NCBI RefSeq assembly: GCF_018336915.1
Contig: NZ_CP064923.1
Span: 5,580,001 to 5,612,000, forward strand
Length of the DNA: 32,000 bases
From: Acaryochloris marina S15
GTDB lineage: Bacteria > Cyanobacteriota > Cyanobacteriia > Thermosynechococcales > Thermosynechococcaceae
Direction of reading: 5' to 3'
Positions 18,330 through 27,030 of the stretch are shown one piece after another. A program made the position numbers and the translations under genes. Each line of letters opens with the position of its first letter. Within the stretch, counting starts at the first letter, position 1. The notes below the pieces were generated by a model. It searched no databases, was not told the DNA's origin, and saw only the letters and a program-made list of their open reading frames with translations.

Positions 18330-19106
18330 ATGACCATCCAACGCCCATTTATTCTGCCCAACTGTACCCTCAACCTCGAAGGCATCAGTAACTCATTCTC
18401 GGATGCCGTTTTAGGAGAATCCTTAGATGTGCTCCTGCGGCTAGAGTGCCAGTTTGGGGATTTAAAAAAACCCCTGATCGGTGGCTTAGATCTACTCAAT
18501 AGCCTGATTCAAGCGACGAATCAATGTACCCAGTCCTGGATGAGTGGTGTTCCCCATCGTCGCCTGACCCAGCTCAACCAAGACGAGTCTGCGGTTCACC
18601 TATTACCTAAAGAAGAAGATGGGTTTGAACTGACGATTCCCACTGAGTTACTGAACGAAACGCCGAGCGATACCGACGGTCCCGTTCAAGTCGGCTTAAC
18701 CACGCTACAGCTGTTTGATCTGGTTGAAGCCTTAGATCAACTCTTAGCTGATCAGCAAACCCTGCCCAATCTATCCCTGGCTGTGCGGCCTTTGTCTCGC
18801 GCAGAAGCGGCTTCAGGCCAAGGTCTGCAAAAATCAGCATCTGCCGTTGTGGGCGCAGCGAGTGTTGCGATCGCAGCTTCGATCTTCTATCTCCTGCCGG
18901 TCCCCCAAGCCAGCGCTCCGCCGAAGGATCCCCCCAAAGCCGAACCCACCAGCACGGAAACTCCGGCTCCAGGCACTCTTCCTGGCGTCCCGCCCATCCA
19001 GGTCTCGCCCTCTCCAGGAGAATCTCCTGGTGAATCTCCTAACCTAGAGAGTACGGAGGAATCGCCGAGTCCAGACGCTTCTCCAGAGCCAGAAGCATCC
19101 CCTTAA
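18330..19106 (+). CDS. Cyanobacterial conserved hypothetical protein (DUF4335-like) with a TM segment and a Pro/Ser/Glu-rich tail
   Basis: 258 aa. The N-terminus ILPNCTLNLEGI resembles remembered DUF4335 starts. There is a hydrophobic helix (AVVGAASVAIAASIFYLL) and then the low-complexity stretch PPKDPPKAEP...SPGESPGESP...SPEPEASP. Confidence 0.5.
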   Translation: MTIQRPFILPNCTLNLEGISNSFSDAVLGESLDVLLRLECQFGDLKKPLIGGLDLLNSLIQATNQCTQSWMSGVPHRRLTQLNQDESAVHLLPKEEDGFELTIPTELLNETPSDTDGPVQVGLTTLQLFDLVEALDQLLADQQTLPNLSLAVRPLSRAEAASGQGLQKSASAVVGAASVAIAASIFYLLPVPQASAPPKDPPKAEPTSTETPAPGTLPGVPPIQVSPSPGESPGESPNLESTEESPSPDASPEPEASP

Positions 19107-19157
19107 CTTCTTTTCCTACCTATTAATTCAAATTGCACCTAAAAATTCGCGAGCGTC

Positions 19158-21119
19158 ATGAACCGATCTGTCTGGGCAATCGCTACGGCTCTGTGGAGTA
19201 TGGGGGGGCTCTCTGTAGCCGCCACACCCCGCCCGGTTGATCGCACGGTGAACTGCGACATTTTAGTTGTGGGAGGTGGTCTAGCAGGGGTGTCGACCAC
19301 CTATGAAGCCTTACTGGCAGGGCGTCAGGTGTGCATGACGGAGCTGACAGACTGGTGGGGCGGTCAAATTTCTTCTCAGGGTACTTCGGCCTTAGATGAA
19401 ACTGTAGGCCAGCGAACCCGCGGGATTTTCCCTAGGGGTTATGCCCAGTTTCGCGAAAAACTGATTAAGGTATCAGGACGCGATCGCCCCGGCGATTGCT
19501 GGGTCAGCCTGGTCTGTTTTTTACCCCAGCAGGGACATACCCTCCTGCTGGACATGCTGAAGGACGCAGAGTCAGAAGGTAAGGGCAAGCTCCATCTGTT
19601 TCCCAATACGGTGGTCAAGTCCCTAGCAACCAATCCTGACGGTCATTTAATTACCTCAGTCCGAGGCATTCAGCATCAGCCTGCACCAGAGGCACCCCCT
19701 CTCAATACCTATCCCCTTTCTCAAACCCTGGCCGACCGCTACACCGAAGCAGATTCGGACCGCTTCACCAAAACAATTCTCCAATTCCAGCCACCTACCA
19801 CAGGGAACTGGGTCGTAGTGGAGGCCACAGAGACGGGAGAGCTGCTGGCATTAGCCGACCTTCCCTATCGCTTAGGCATCGATCCACGGTCTCATCTAGA
19901 ACCGTCATCCTCCAGTGACCGAGCCGATCCTTACTGCACCCAGGCCAGCACCTATACCTTTGCTATACAGGCCACCGCAACACCACCTGCCCATCAGCTA
20001 CCGGCGTTTTACCCTGAATATGAACCCTTCTACAGTTTTGACAAGCCTCGCTTTGCCAAAACCCCAAATTTAGTCTTTAGCTATCGCCGCATTTTTAGTG
20101 TCCAACCGGGGACTGCAGATGAAGTGGTGAATGTAGACGATATCTCCATGCAGAACTGGGGTGGAGGGAATGACTACGGACCCGGCACCGCCCAAGACAA
20201 CCTGATTCTGACCCGAGACCAGCTTCTGGCAGAAGGGCAGCTACAAGATTGGCAAGGGGGCTTACGGCTTGACAGTTTGCAGGGAGGCGAAGAACTCGCC
20301 CAGGGCTATTTCCATTGGCTGGTAGCGGGAACAACAGATTCTAAAGTGGCAGACCATCCCAAGCAGCCTTGGCCCAATCTGAAATATCTCCAGGGGCTAG
20401 ATTCACCCATGGGCACCGCCCACGGTTTGTCCAAGTTTCCCTATATGCGGGAGAGTCGGCGCTTAATTGGCCGCTATAGCTATGGCTATCCTCAAGGCTT
20501 TGTGATTACGGAAACAGATGTCTCTAAACAGGATTTTCGACTGCCCTATTACCGCGACACCCTATCGGGACCGGACTATCGGAATTTAATCACTCGGATG
20601 GCGGGGTTAAAAACCCTGGACGTGATTTTGGATCGGGTGCCACTGGCAGAGGTGGAACTGCGAACCAGATCTCGTATCTACCCAGACAGTGTGGGCATTG
20701 GTCACTATCCCATTGATTTTCATCCCTGTATGCAGCTCAGTCCTCCCCAAGCTCCAGGGAACCAAGAACGGGAAGGGGAACGTCAGGGGGCAACGCAAAC
20801 CTATCCCTACCAAATTCCCCTGCGGGCGATGGTTCCACCTCGGATCAATAATTTGCTGGTGACGGGGAAGAGTATTGCTACCAGTCACATTAGTGCAGCG
20901 ACCTATCGGGTCCATAGTTTTGAATGGTCATCGGGGGCTGCGGCGGGAACGACAGCAGCGTTTGTGCTGGACCAGGGGGTATTGCCTTATCAGTTAGTGG
21001 AGAATTTGCCCCGTCGAAGTCCAAAGCTGGAGAAGCTGCAGGCAATTTTGAATCGGCATCAAAATCCGACGGCGTTTCCAGATATGTCGATTTTTAATCT
21101 GAACTGGAAGAACTGGTGA
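19158..21119 (+). CDS. FAD-dependent oxidoreductase with an N-terminal signal peptide
   Basis: 653 aa. Signal-like MNRSVWAIATALWSMGGLSVAA is followed by the dinucleotide-binding DILVVGGGLAGVS motif. The subfamily is not determinable by eye. Confidence 0.7.
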   Translation: MNRSVWAIATALWSMGGLSVAATPRPVDRTVNCDILVVGGGLAGVSTTYEALLAGRQVCMTELTDWWGGQISSQGTSALDETVGQRTRGIFPRGYAQFREKLIKVSGRDRPGDCWVSLVCFLPQQGHTLLLDMLKDAESEGKGKLHLFPNTVVKSLATNPDGHLITSVRGIQHQPAPEAPPLNTYPLSQTLADRYTEADSDRFTKTILQFQPPTTGNWVVVEATETGELLALADLPYRLGIDPRSHLEPSSSSDRADPYCTQASTYTFAIQATATPPAHQLPAFYPEYEPFYSFDKPRFAKTPNLVFSYRRIFSVQPGTADEVVNVDDISMQNWGGGNDYGPGTAQDNLILTRDQLLAEGQLQDWQGGLRLDSLQGGEELAQGYFHWLVAGTTDSKVADHPKQPWPNLKYLQGLDSPMGTAHGLSKFPYMRESRRLIGRYSYGYPQGFVITETDVSKQDFRLPYYRDTLSGPDYRNLITRMAGLKTLDVILDRVPLAEVELRTRSRIYPDSVGIGHYPIDFHPCMQLSPPQAPGNQEREGERQGATQTYPYQIPLRAMVPPRINNLLVTGKSIATSHISAATYRVHSFEWSSGAAAGTTAAFVLDQGVLPYQLVENLPRRSPKLEKLQAILNRHQNPTAFPDMSIFNLNWKNW

Positions 21120-21227
21120 GAACTGGGCTTCGACTCCGCTCAGCCCTCGACTTATGCTGGATGATACCAAGCGCTACCAAGAGCAACAGGTTGCAAAGAC
21201 TCTTCAAACTCTCAAGGAGCGAGAACG

Positions 21228-21428
21228 ATGAAACATAAATATCGCGTCAACATAGTTTGGTCCGAGCCAGATGAATGTTATTTGGTAGAACTCCCCGAAT
21301 TTGCCCATGAGCTACAGCGCTATTTCACCCATGGCAATACTTACACTGAAGCGGTTACTAACGCCCAAGAGGTCTTAGAAATGTTCATTGAACTGCCATT
21401 GACACAAAAGACAAGTACACTGGGATAG
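21228..21428 (+). CDS. HicB-like antitoxin N-terminal domain only (no DNA-binding domain, no adjacent HicA)
   Basis: 66 aa with AAGGAG 8 nt upstream. YRVNIVWSEPDECYLVELPEF....THGNTYTEAVTNAQEVLEMFIE fits the HicB/UPF0150 fold pattern. It ends where homologs continue into an RHH/HTH domain. Confidence 0.6.
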   Translation: MKHKYRVNIVWSEPDECYLVELPEFAHELQRYFTHGNTYTEAVTNAQEVLEMFIELPLTQKTSTLG

Positions 21429-21433
21429 AACAC

Positions 21434-21462
21434 TTTATTTGCATTAAATTTGATGCAATAAA
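21434..21462. promoter_or_regulatory. Imperfect palindrome just upstream of the phd start (candidate TA operator or hicB-like terminator)
   Basis: TTTATTTGCAT (21434-21444) and ATGCAATAAA (21453-21462) are inverted repeats with a 1-nt bulge. The element ends 4 nt before the ATG at 21467. Confidence 0.25.
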
Positions 21463-21466
21463 TGTC

Positions 21467-21763
21467 ATGTTTAATCTTGCCCGTGATATTAATTCCCTCT
21501 CCAATTTCAAGCGCAATACCCAAGTATTTGTGCAGCAACTCAAGGAAAGCGGTTCTCCGGTGGTGTTAACCGTCAATGGTGTTTCAGAGCTGGTGGTGCA
21601 AAGTGCTGAATCTTATCAAGCCTTATTGGAGCGCCTTGAGCATTTAGAGGCAGTCCAAGGGATTCAGGAAGGACTTGAAGAATTTGACCAAGGTAAGGGA
21701 CAGCCTGCAACAGAAGCACTGACAGAATTACGCACTAGGCTTAATTCTGAGCTATCCCAATGA
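21467..21763 (+). CDS. Type II antitoxin, Phd/YefM family
   Basis: 98 aa. The N-terminus SNFKRNTQVFVQQLKESGSPVVLTVNGVSELVVQSAESYQALLE is typical of Phd/YefM. Its stop overlaps the toxin start (ATGA). Confidence 0.85.
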   Translation: MFNLARDINSLSNFKRNTQVFVQQLKESGSPVVLTVNGVSELVVQSAESYQALLERLEHLEAVQGIQEGLEEFDQGKGQPATEALTELRTRLNSELSQ

Positions 21764-22083
21764 CCTATCAGGTTATTGTTCAGTCAAGGGCCTTACGAGA
21801 TATTGAAGAAATTTTTCGCTGGCTTGCTGACCAGATGGGTCCTGACGCAGCCAACAAATGGTATGACGAGTTACAATCCGCTATTGAATCGCTAGCAACA
21901 TTCCCAAATCGTTGTCCCTTAGCACTGGAAGCCAAATCACTGAAGCGCGAAGTGCGTCAACTGATGGTGGGTAAGCGTAAACAGTTCCGGGTTCTGTTTA
22001 TCGTCCAGAATAGTAGAGTTGCGGTTGTTCATGTACGGCATAGCCGCCGATCAAGACTCTCACCTGATGACAACATCCTCTAA
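21760..22083 (+). CDS. Type II toxin, ParE/RelE superfamily
   Basis: 107 aa. A..DIEEIFRWL, FPNRCP, and FRVLFIV....VAVVHVRH match the ParE-like pattern. A 4-nt overlap with the antitoxin gene points to translational coupling. Confidence 0.8.
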   Translation: MTYQVIVQSRALRDIEEIFRWLADQMGPDAANKWYDELQSAIESLATFPNRCPLALEAKSLKREVRQLMVGKRKQFRVLFIVQNSRVAVVHVRHSRRSRLSPDDNIL

Positions 22084-22113
22084 AGCATGAACGGGCAGGT
22101 CACCTGAGGCGTA

Positions 22114-22755
22114 TTGCCCAAGCTGTTTAAGATAAAAATAACAACCTTGGATCTGATTGAAGTGGCTGAATTTTCCTATTCAATCTCTACTGAGAAGGAG
22201 CAGCGAGTGATTTTGCCGAGTGTGTCCTGGCAGCAGTATGAGGGGTTGTTATCGACGCTAGAGGATTATCCTGGGCTGCGTTTACTGTATTTGCAGGGAA
22301 ATTTAGAAATTTTTCTGCCTTCGCCTGAACATGAAATGCTGAAAAAGGTGATTGCCCGGCTGCTGGAGCGGTATGCAGAGGAGATGAATATTCCATTGCA
22401 TGGGTATGGATCAACGACGTTTCGTCTAGAAGCTAAGGCAAGAGGGCTAGAGCCAGATGAATGCTACTGTGTGCAGTCATTGAAGGATTTACCTGATTTT
22501 GCACTTGAGGTGAATTTAACGAGTGGCGGGGTGGATAAGCTAGCGATTTATCAAGGATTGGAGGTGCCAGAGGTTTTAATTTGGGAGGACAAAAAGCTTC
22601 AGCTTTTTGATTTGCGTGAAGGGATAGAAGTTGTGACTCGTAGTCAGTTTTTTCCTGAGCTGAATTTTTCATTGTTGGCCCAGTTTGTGCGACCTCAGGA
22701 CCAACCCACGACGGTGAAAGATTTTCTGGTAGCTATTCGCACTCAGGTTCAATAA
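22114..22755 (+). CDS. Uma2 family (DUF820) putative endonuclease
   Basis: 213 aa with a TTG start in the track. WQQYEGLL......LLYLQGNLEIFLPSPEHE and GLEPDECYCV fit the PD-(D/E)xK Uma2 pattern that is abundant in cyanobacteria. Confidence 0.8.
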   Translation: MPKLFKIKITTLDLIEVAEFSYSISTEKEQRVILPSVSWQQYEGLLSTLEDYPGLRLLYLQGNLEIFLPSPEHEMLKKVIARLLERYAEEMNIPLHGYGSTTFRLEAKARGLEPDECYCVQSLKDLPDFALEVNLTSGGVDKLAIYQGLEVPEVLIWEDKKLQLFDLREGIEVVTRSQFFPELNFSLLAQFVRPQDQPTTVKDFLVAIRTQVQ

Positions 22756-22926
22756 AATCTTGTCCTAAACTAAGTCAAACTCTCCTCCAAGATTGGCATA
22801 GAAAAGATAGCGAATAATTTTATTTCATGAGATTAATAAATCATCTTCGATGAATTGCAGGAATTTCTCTGAAAAAATATTCTGCAACTTAGAATGAAAT
22901 GCATTAGATAATTTTTCTCTTGATTG

Positions 22927-23773
22927 ATGCCCTATCCTTATGCTCCTGAACCCTATATTTCTCGACCGCAGGCGGAGAATTTAGTAGATTTCTTTGGTGT
23001 CGCCTTAACTCAACCACAAGACCATCCTTTAGTATTTAACATTGCAGGGATGGCGGGTACGGGAAAAACCACTTTACTGAAGCATCTAATTAAAAAATTT
23101 GGTAACCAAGCAGAAATTATAGAGTTTTCATTCCGTAAAACGATTCAGGGCTTAACCACGGAAGTTTATCTAGATTTGATGCACCATCTATATGAACAAA
23201 TCCCTGATTCATTGCGCAAGAAAACGGATCGCCAACCGAATTCATTTATGCGGTTATATTACCAATATTTCTCAACAGCTCAAAAACTGATAAATCAATC
23301 ACCTGACAATAAAACACCAACTTCTGAAACAAATGCGAAGGAGGCTAAACAACTTCTAAAAGCTGCTGCAAGGGTGTTACCAATGGCGGCTTCATTATTT
23401 GGGATAGATCCAATTGCTACCGGAATAGGTACGGTTGCCACAATGGTAACTGATACAAATATTGATGCCACTGTTGATACTGGTGCAGCATTCTTAACTG
23501 GAAAGGAGCGGCTAGGTCAGTTGCTACAACAGCATCATGTGACTAAAAAAGATCAATCTTTGCAGCAGTTGATGCGAAATCCTGTGCAGAGGCTTACAAA
23601 AGCCTTTGTAGAGGATTTAATTGCTCAAGCCTCTCATAAGCCAATCATCATTTGTTTCGATACGTTTGAAAAGGCTCCCCTAGAAATTGATCGATGGCTG
23701 TGCCAATTTCTTTTGGGCCAGTCACAACTACAAAAACATCGTATTCGCATTGTCTTAGCAGGACAGCAGTGCC
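22927..23773 (+). pseudogene. 5' part of an NB-ARC-like P-loop NTPase-TPR gene, interrupted by the IS
   Basis: Walker A is GMAGTGKTTLL (23047-23079) and Walker B-like is PIIICFDTFE. The native frame ends at ...IVLAGQQC and then runs 18 codons into the IS before a stop at 23829. Confidence 0.75.
23762..23773. repeat. Target-site duplication, left copy
   Basis: GACAGCAGTGCC is identical to 25102-25113. Because the terminal base of the inverted repeat is ambiguous, the true duplication is 10-12 bp. Confidence 0.7.
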
Positions 23774-25101
23774 AGGGGCAGCGCAAGAAAAATGAAGCTG
23801 TAATATGCTTTGGAACTCCATTCTGTTAAAAGGGTTTCCCCATGGCTACAGGATTCAGCAAGCCTCCTTCCTCACCAGCTTCCACTGACTCATCCTCGTC
23901 ACTCCTGCCTGCCAGTGATTGCGATCAGGCTTATCAACAATTGTCCGAGTGTTTTGAAGATTTGCCTGATCCACGTGGAGGCCAAGGTGTCCAGCATCCG
24001 TTTGTCAGCATCGTCGTGATTGGACTATTGGCAAGTTTAGGTGGCGCACAAGGGTGGGAAGACATTGAAACCTATGGTCTAAGCCATCAAGATTGGTTGT
24101 CGAGTTTTCTGAGGCTACCGTCCGGGATACCGACAGCAGACACCTATCGACGAGTGTTTGAGCGTATTTGCCCCTCCGCTTTTGAGCGGAGTTTCAATCA
24201 CTGGTTGGATCAGGTAGTGACAACCCTCGGCGCTCAAGTGATACCGATTGACGGCAAACAACTCAGAGGTTCCTATGATCGCAATCAAGACCAATCCGCA
24301 TTGCATCTGGTCAGTGCTTGGGCCAGTGAGTATCGGTTATTTCTAGGACAGGTCAAAGTTGCAGACAAGAGTAACGAAATTACCGCTATTCCAGCACTGC
24401 TAGAGCTATTAGACATTGCCGGGTGCATTATTACCATTGATGCAATGGGAACTCAGCACGAGATTGCCCGCCACATTCAAGCTAAAGAGGCTGACTATGT
24501 GCTGGCCCTCAAGGAGAATCATCCCACGCTGTTTGAGCAGGTTGAGCAATGGTTTGAAACGGCTGAAGCGAATGAGTTTAAGGGCATTGAGCACAGCTAT
24601 GATGCCCGGGTGGAAGCAGGGCACCATCGTCGCGAGAAACGACAAGTTTGGGCCGTGTCCCTTCAACAGATGGGTCCTCTCTACAAGCAGGCGCAGTGGA
24701 AGGGCTTGCAAACCATCGTCAAGGTCGCTCGGACCCGCCACTTGTGGAACAAAACCACCTATGAGGTGATGTTTTATATCAGCTCTCTACCGCCAAATGC
24801 TCAGCAGTTGGGCAAAGCCATCCGCCAGCATTGGTCGATTGAGAACCAACTCCACTGGGTCTTAGATGTGACCTTTGGCGAAGATGCTAGCCGCATTCGC
24901 ACAGGACATGCACCGGAAAACATGGCCATCCTGAGGCGCTGGAGCATCAACCTTCTCAATCAAGAAACGTCCTTTAAGAAAAGTACCCGTCAAAAACTAA
25001 AACGGGCGAGCATGGATGAAGCGTATATGCTCAAAGTTCTAGGCGCTTCTATTCCTTTACAGTCTAGCCTTTCAGAGGCTTGATTTTCTTGCGCTTACCC
25101 T
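23774..25101 (+). mobile_element. ISAs1-family insertion sequence (~1.33 kb), apparently intact
   Basis: The termini AGGGGCAGCGCAAGAAAAATGAAGC (left) and AGGGTAAGCGCAAGAAAATCAAGCC (right, reverse complement) are imperfect inverted repeats, identical at 16 of the first 18 positions. A single transposase ORF fills the element, and it is flanked by a direct repeat. Confidence 0.85.
23842..25083 (+). CDS. ISAs1 family transposase (H-repeat-associated / DDE_Tnp_1-associated type)
   Basis: 413 aa. FEDLPDPRGGQGVQHPFVSIVVIGLLASLGGAQGWEDIETYG, IPIDGKQLRGSYD, ITIDAMGTQHEIA, ADYVLALKENHP and HWSIENQLHWVLDVTFGEDASR are the characteristic blocks of this family. Confidence 0.9.
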   Translation: MATGFSKPPSSPASTDSSSSLLPASDCDQAYQQLSECFEDLPDPRGGQGVQHPFVSIVVIGLLASLGGAQGWEDIETYGLSHQDWLSSFLRLPSGIPTADTYRRVFERICPSAFERSFNHWLDQVVTTLGAQVIPIDGKQLRGSYDRNQDQSALHLVSAWASEYRLFLGQVKVADKSNEITAIPALLELLDIAGCIITIDAMGTQHEIARHIQAKEADYVLALKENHPTLFEQVEQWFETAEANEFKGIEHSYDARVEAGHHRREKRQVWAVSLQQMGPLYKQAQWKGLQTIVKVARTRHLWNKTTYEVMFYISSLPPNAQQLGKAIRQHWSIENQLHWVLDVTFGEDASRIRTGHAPENMAILRRWSINLLNQETSFKKSTRQKLKRASMDEAYMLKVLGASIPLQSSLSEA

Positions 25102-25113
25102 GACAGCAGTGCC
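25102..25113. repeat. Target-site duplication, right copy
   Basis: GACAGCAGTGCC lies immediately after the right inverted repeat and is identical to 23762-23773. Confidence 0.7.
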
Positions 25114-26984
25114 TAACTCAGAAAGAAGAGTGGCGAAAGTTAGAACAAGATGACAATCTCATTTCTGAGAAAACGCTTGAGAGGTTTAGTGATAAAGAAA
25201 CTCAAGCTTATCTTCAGGAGATTCACTGGGCTGACACTGATGATATCCAGAAGATTCTCCAAATCACTGGGGGGTTACCTTATTATCTCAACTGGATTAG
25301 AAAGAAATTTCAACAGGGAGAAGAAATTGATCTATCTCAGGGGAATCAAGCAGTTTCTAATTTGTTATTTCAAGGAATAACCCAAGAGCAACGTATAGTT
25401 GTGCAACTCATCGCTTGTGGTCGTTGGTTTGATAAAACTCTTATCCGAGAGTTGCTGAGGGAAGGTACGCTACTGGATAGAACAGCTATTTCTAAAGATT
25501 TTGATTGGTTTGAATGGCTCAAACCACAACACTATGTTCAACTGATTCGCGGGAAATATAAATTTGATGATGTTGCCCGTGACGTGTTCCAAACACTATT
25601 GCAACAGGAAGATGAGATTCGTTTCCGCAACACTCATTTAGCCCTAGCACAGTATTATCAAAATCGAGCTGACCAAATTATGGTGCCAGATAGTTCTGAA
25701 GTTGATCGATACGATAATCCAGAGTGGTGTGAAGCGATAACTGAATATTTATATCATTTTCTCCTCTCGGAGCAAAATAATCGCCATGCCCAGTTTCTAA
25801 ATCATTTGTTTGCTTCGCATTATCTGCATGCTTTTGATGTTGTGACAAATGTCTTTGTTGCCTTAACTTCCGAAGAATCATTACTATCAGCCACAACTCA
25901 GAAATGGTTCCAAGAAGATATAACAGGTTTTACAAATGGGACTATGGGGCTGACAGTAGCTCAACAAGAGTCTTTGCTGAGAAAAACAGAGATCTTCCAA
26001 ACACATATTGAATCGCTCAAAAGGGAATATGAAAGAAAATATGAAATAGCTATTGAATTAGAAAGGTTCATGGAAATAGGTGTTGGAGTTCTGATAGATC
26101 AAATCGTAGCGGACTCCAAGAAGGCCTTCGATCTTTGTTTACAATATATGGCTCAAATGGAAGGAGTTGGGAAATATGCCTTCTTTCTGTACCGCTCCCA
26201 TCTGCATTCAACTCCAACACAACTGAGTGACTTAAAGATGGCTAGAGATGAGGCTATAAAGCTCACCAGATCGACGCCTGCACACTTTAGTAGCGGTTTG
26301 TTTCTAGAAATAGGAGCACTTTACAATCGATTAGGATGCTATGAAGATGCAATCGCAAGTTTTGACAAAGCTATCCAATTTAAGCCAGAGAATGACCAAG
26401 CTTTGTATCTCAAAAGTGGGATACTGTTTATCTTAAAACGTTACGAAGAAGCGATCGCAAGCTTTGACCAAGTCCTCCAATTTAAGCCGGATCATCATGA
26501 CGCCTGGTACGCTCGAGGAGTAGGGCTATGTCAAGTAAAACGTTTTGAAGATGCAATCCCAAGTTTTGACAAATCCCTCCAATTTAAGCCAAATAATGAC
26601 CAAGCGTGGCAACTACGAGGGACTGCACTAGTGTTTTTAAAACGTTACGAAGAAGCGATCGCAAGCCTTGACAAAGCCCTCCAATTTAAGCCGGATTTAG
26701 ATCAAGCTTGGTATGGCCGAGGAAGCGTACTGCAGGAATTAGGGCGCTACGAAGAGGCAATCACAAGCTATGACAAAGCGTTGGAACTGAAGCCCGAAGA
26801 TCCCAATACTTTTTATAACAAAGCCTGCTGCTACGCCTTACAAGCCAACTCTGAAGCCGCAGTAAAAAACTTAAAGATTGCCATTTCCTTAGCCCTAGAA
26901 AAATATCGAGAAATGGCAAAAACTGACTCTGCTTTTGACCCTATTCGCGAAAACGCAGTCTTTCAATCTTTGCTAACTTCCTAG
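25114..26984 (+). pseudogene. 3' part of the NB-ARC-like NTPase-TPR gene (winged-helix/helical region plus about 6 TPRs)
   Basis: The frame is open from 25104 and is the same frame as tracked ORF 25362..26984. It encodes LERFSDKETQAYL and ITGGLPYYLNWI (compare the NB-ARC GLPLAL motif), then TPR repeats. There is no ATG, GTG or TTG before 25362. Confidence 0.75.
26296..26900 (+). repeat. Tandem 102-bp (34-codon) TPR-coding repeats
   Basis: The hexamer (T/C)TTGAC recurs at 26361, 26463, 26565 and 26667, exactly 102 bp apart. The repeated block is Y(E/F)EAIASFDKxLQFKPxxxQAW. Confidence 0.75.
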
Positions 26985-27030
26985 CCCTTGCCAAGAGGGG
27001 AACGTCGTACCCATTGTGCGAATACTCGCC

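Noticed and set aside
21125-21152. GGCTTCGACTCCGCTCAGCCCTCGACT, reminiscent of short interspersed repeats seen in some cyanobacteria, at the left edge of the accessory cluster
   Set aside because: There is only one copy in this window and no inverted-repeat structure. I cannot establish that it is a repeat family without the whole genome.
21154-21231. 25-codon ORF (MLDDTKRYQEQQVAKTLQTLKERER) whose TGA overlaps the hicB-like ATG, considered as a possible HicA remnant
   Set aside because: It is too short, and it shows no HicA-like features (no dsRBD-like motif, no catalytic His). It also contains the RBS of the downstream gene.
23810-24019. 69-aa ORF at the left end of the IS, and the 76-aa ORF at 25150..25380
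   Set aside because: The first is out of frame with the transposase. The second is out of frame with the reconstituted NTPase gene. Neither has recognisable motifs.
19500-26440. Absence of the HIP1 octamer GCGATCGC as evidence that the 21-27 kb cluster is foreign
   Set aside because: By eye, an equally long HIP1-free stretch (about 7250-15580) spans clearly native genes such as VKOR, petH and tyrA. HIP1 spacing is therefore not discriminating at this scale.
26296-26900. Regular 102-bp periodicity checked as a possible CRISPR-like or satellite array (likewise the 123-bp period at 16206-16574)
   Set aside because: Both periodicities lie in frame inside long ORFs and encode canonical TPR and WD40 repeats. 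There is no repeat-spacer organisation and there are no cas genes.
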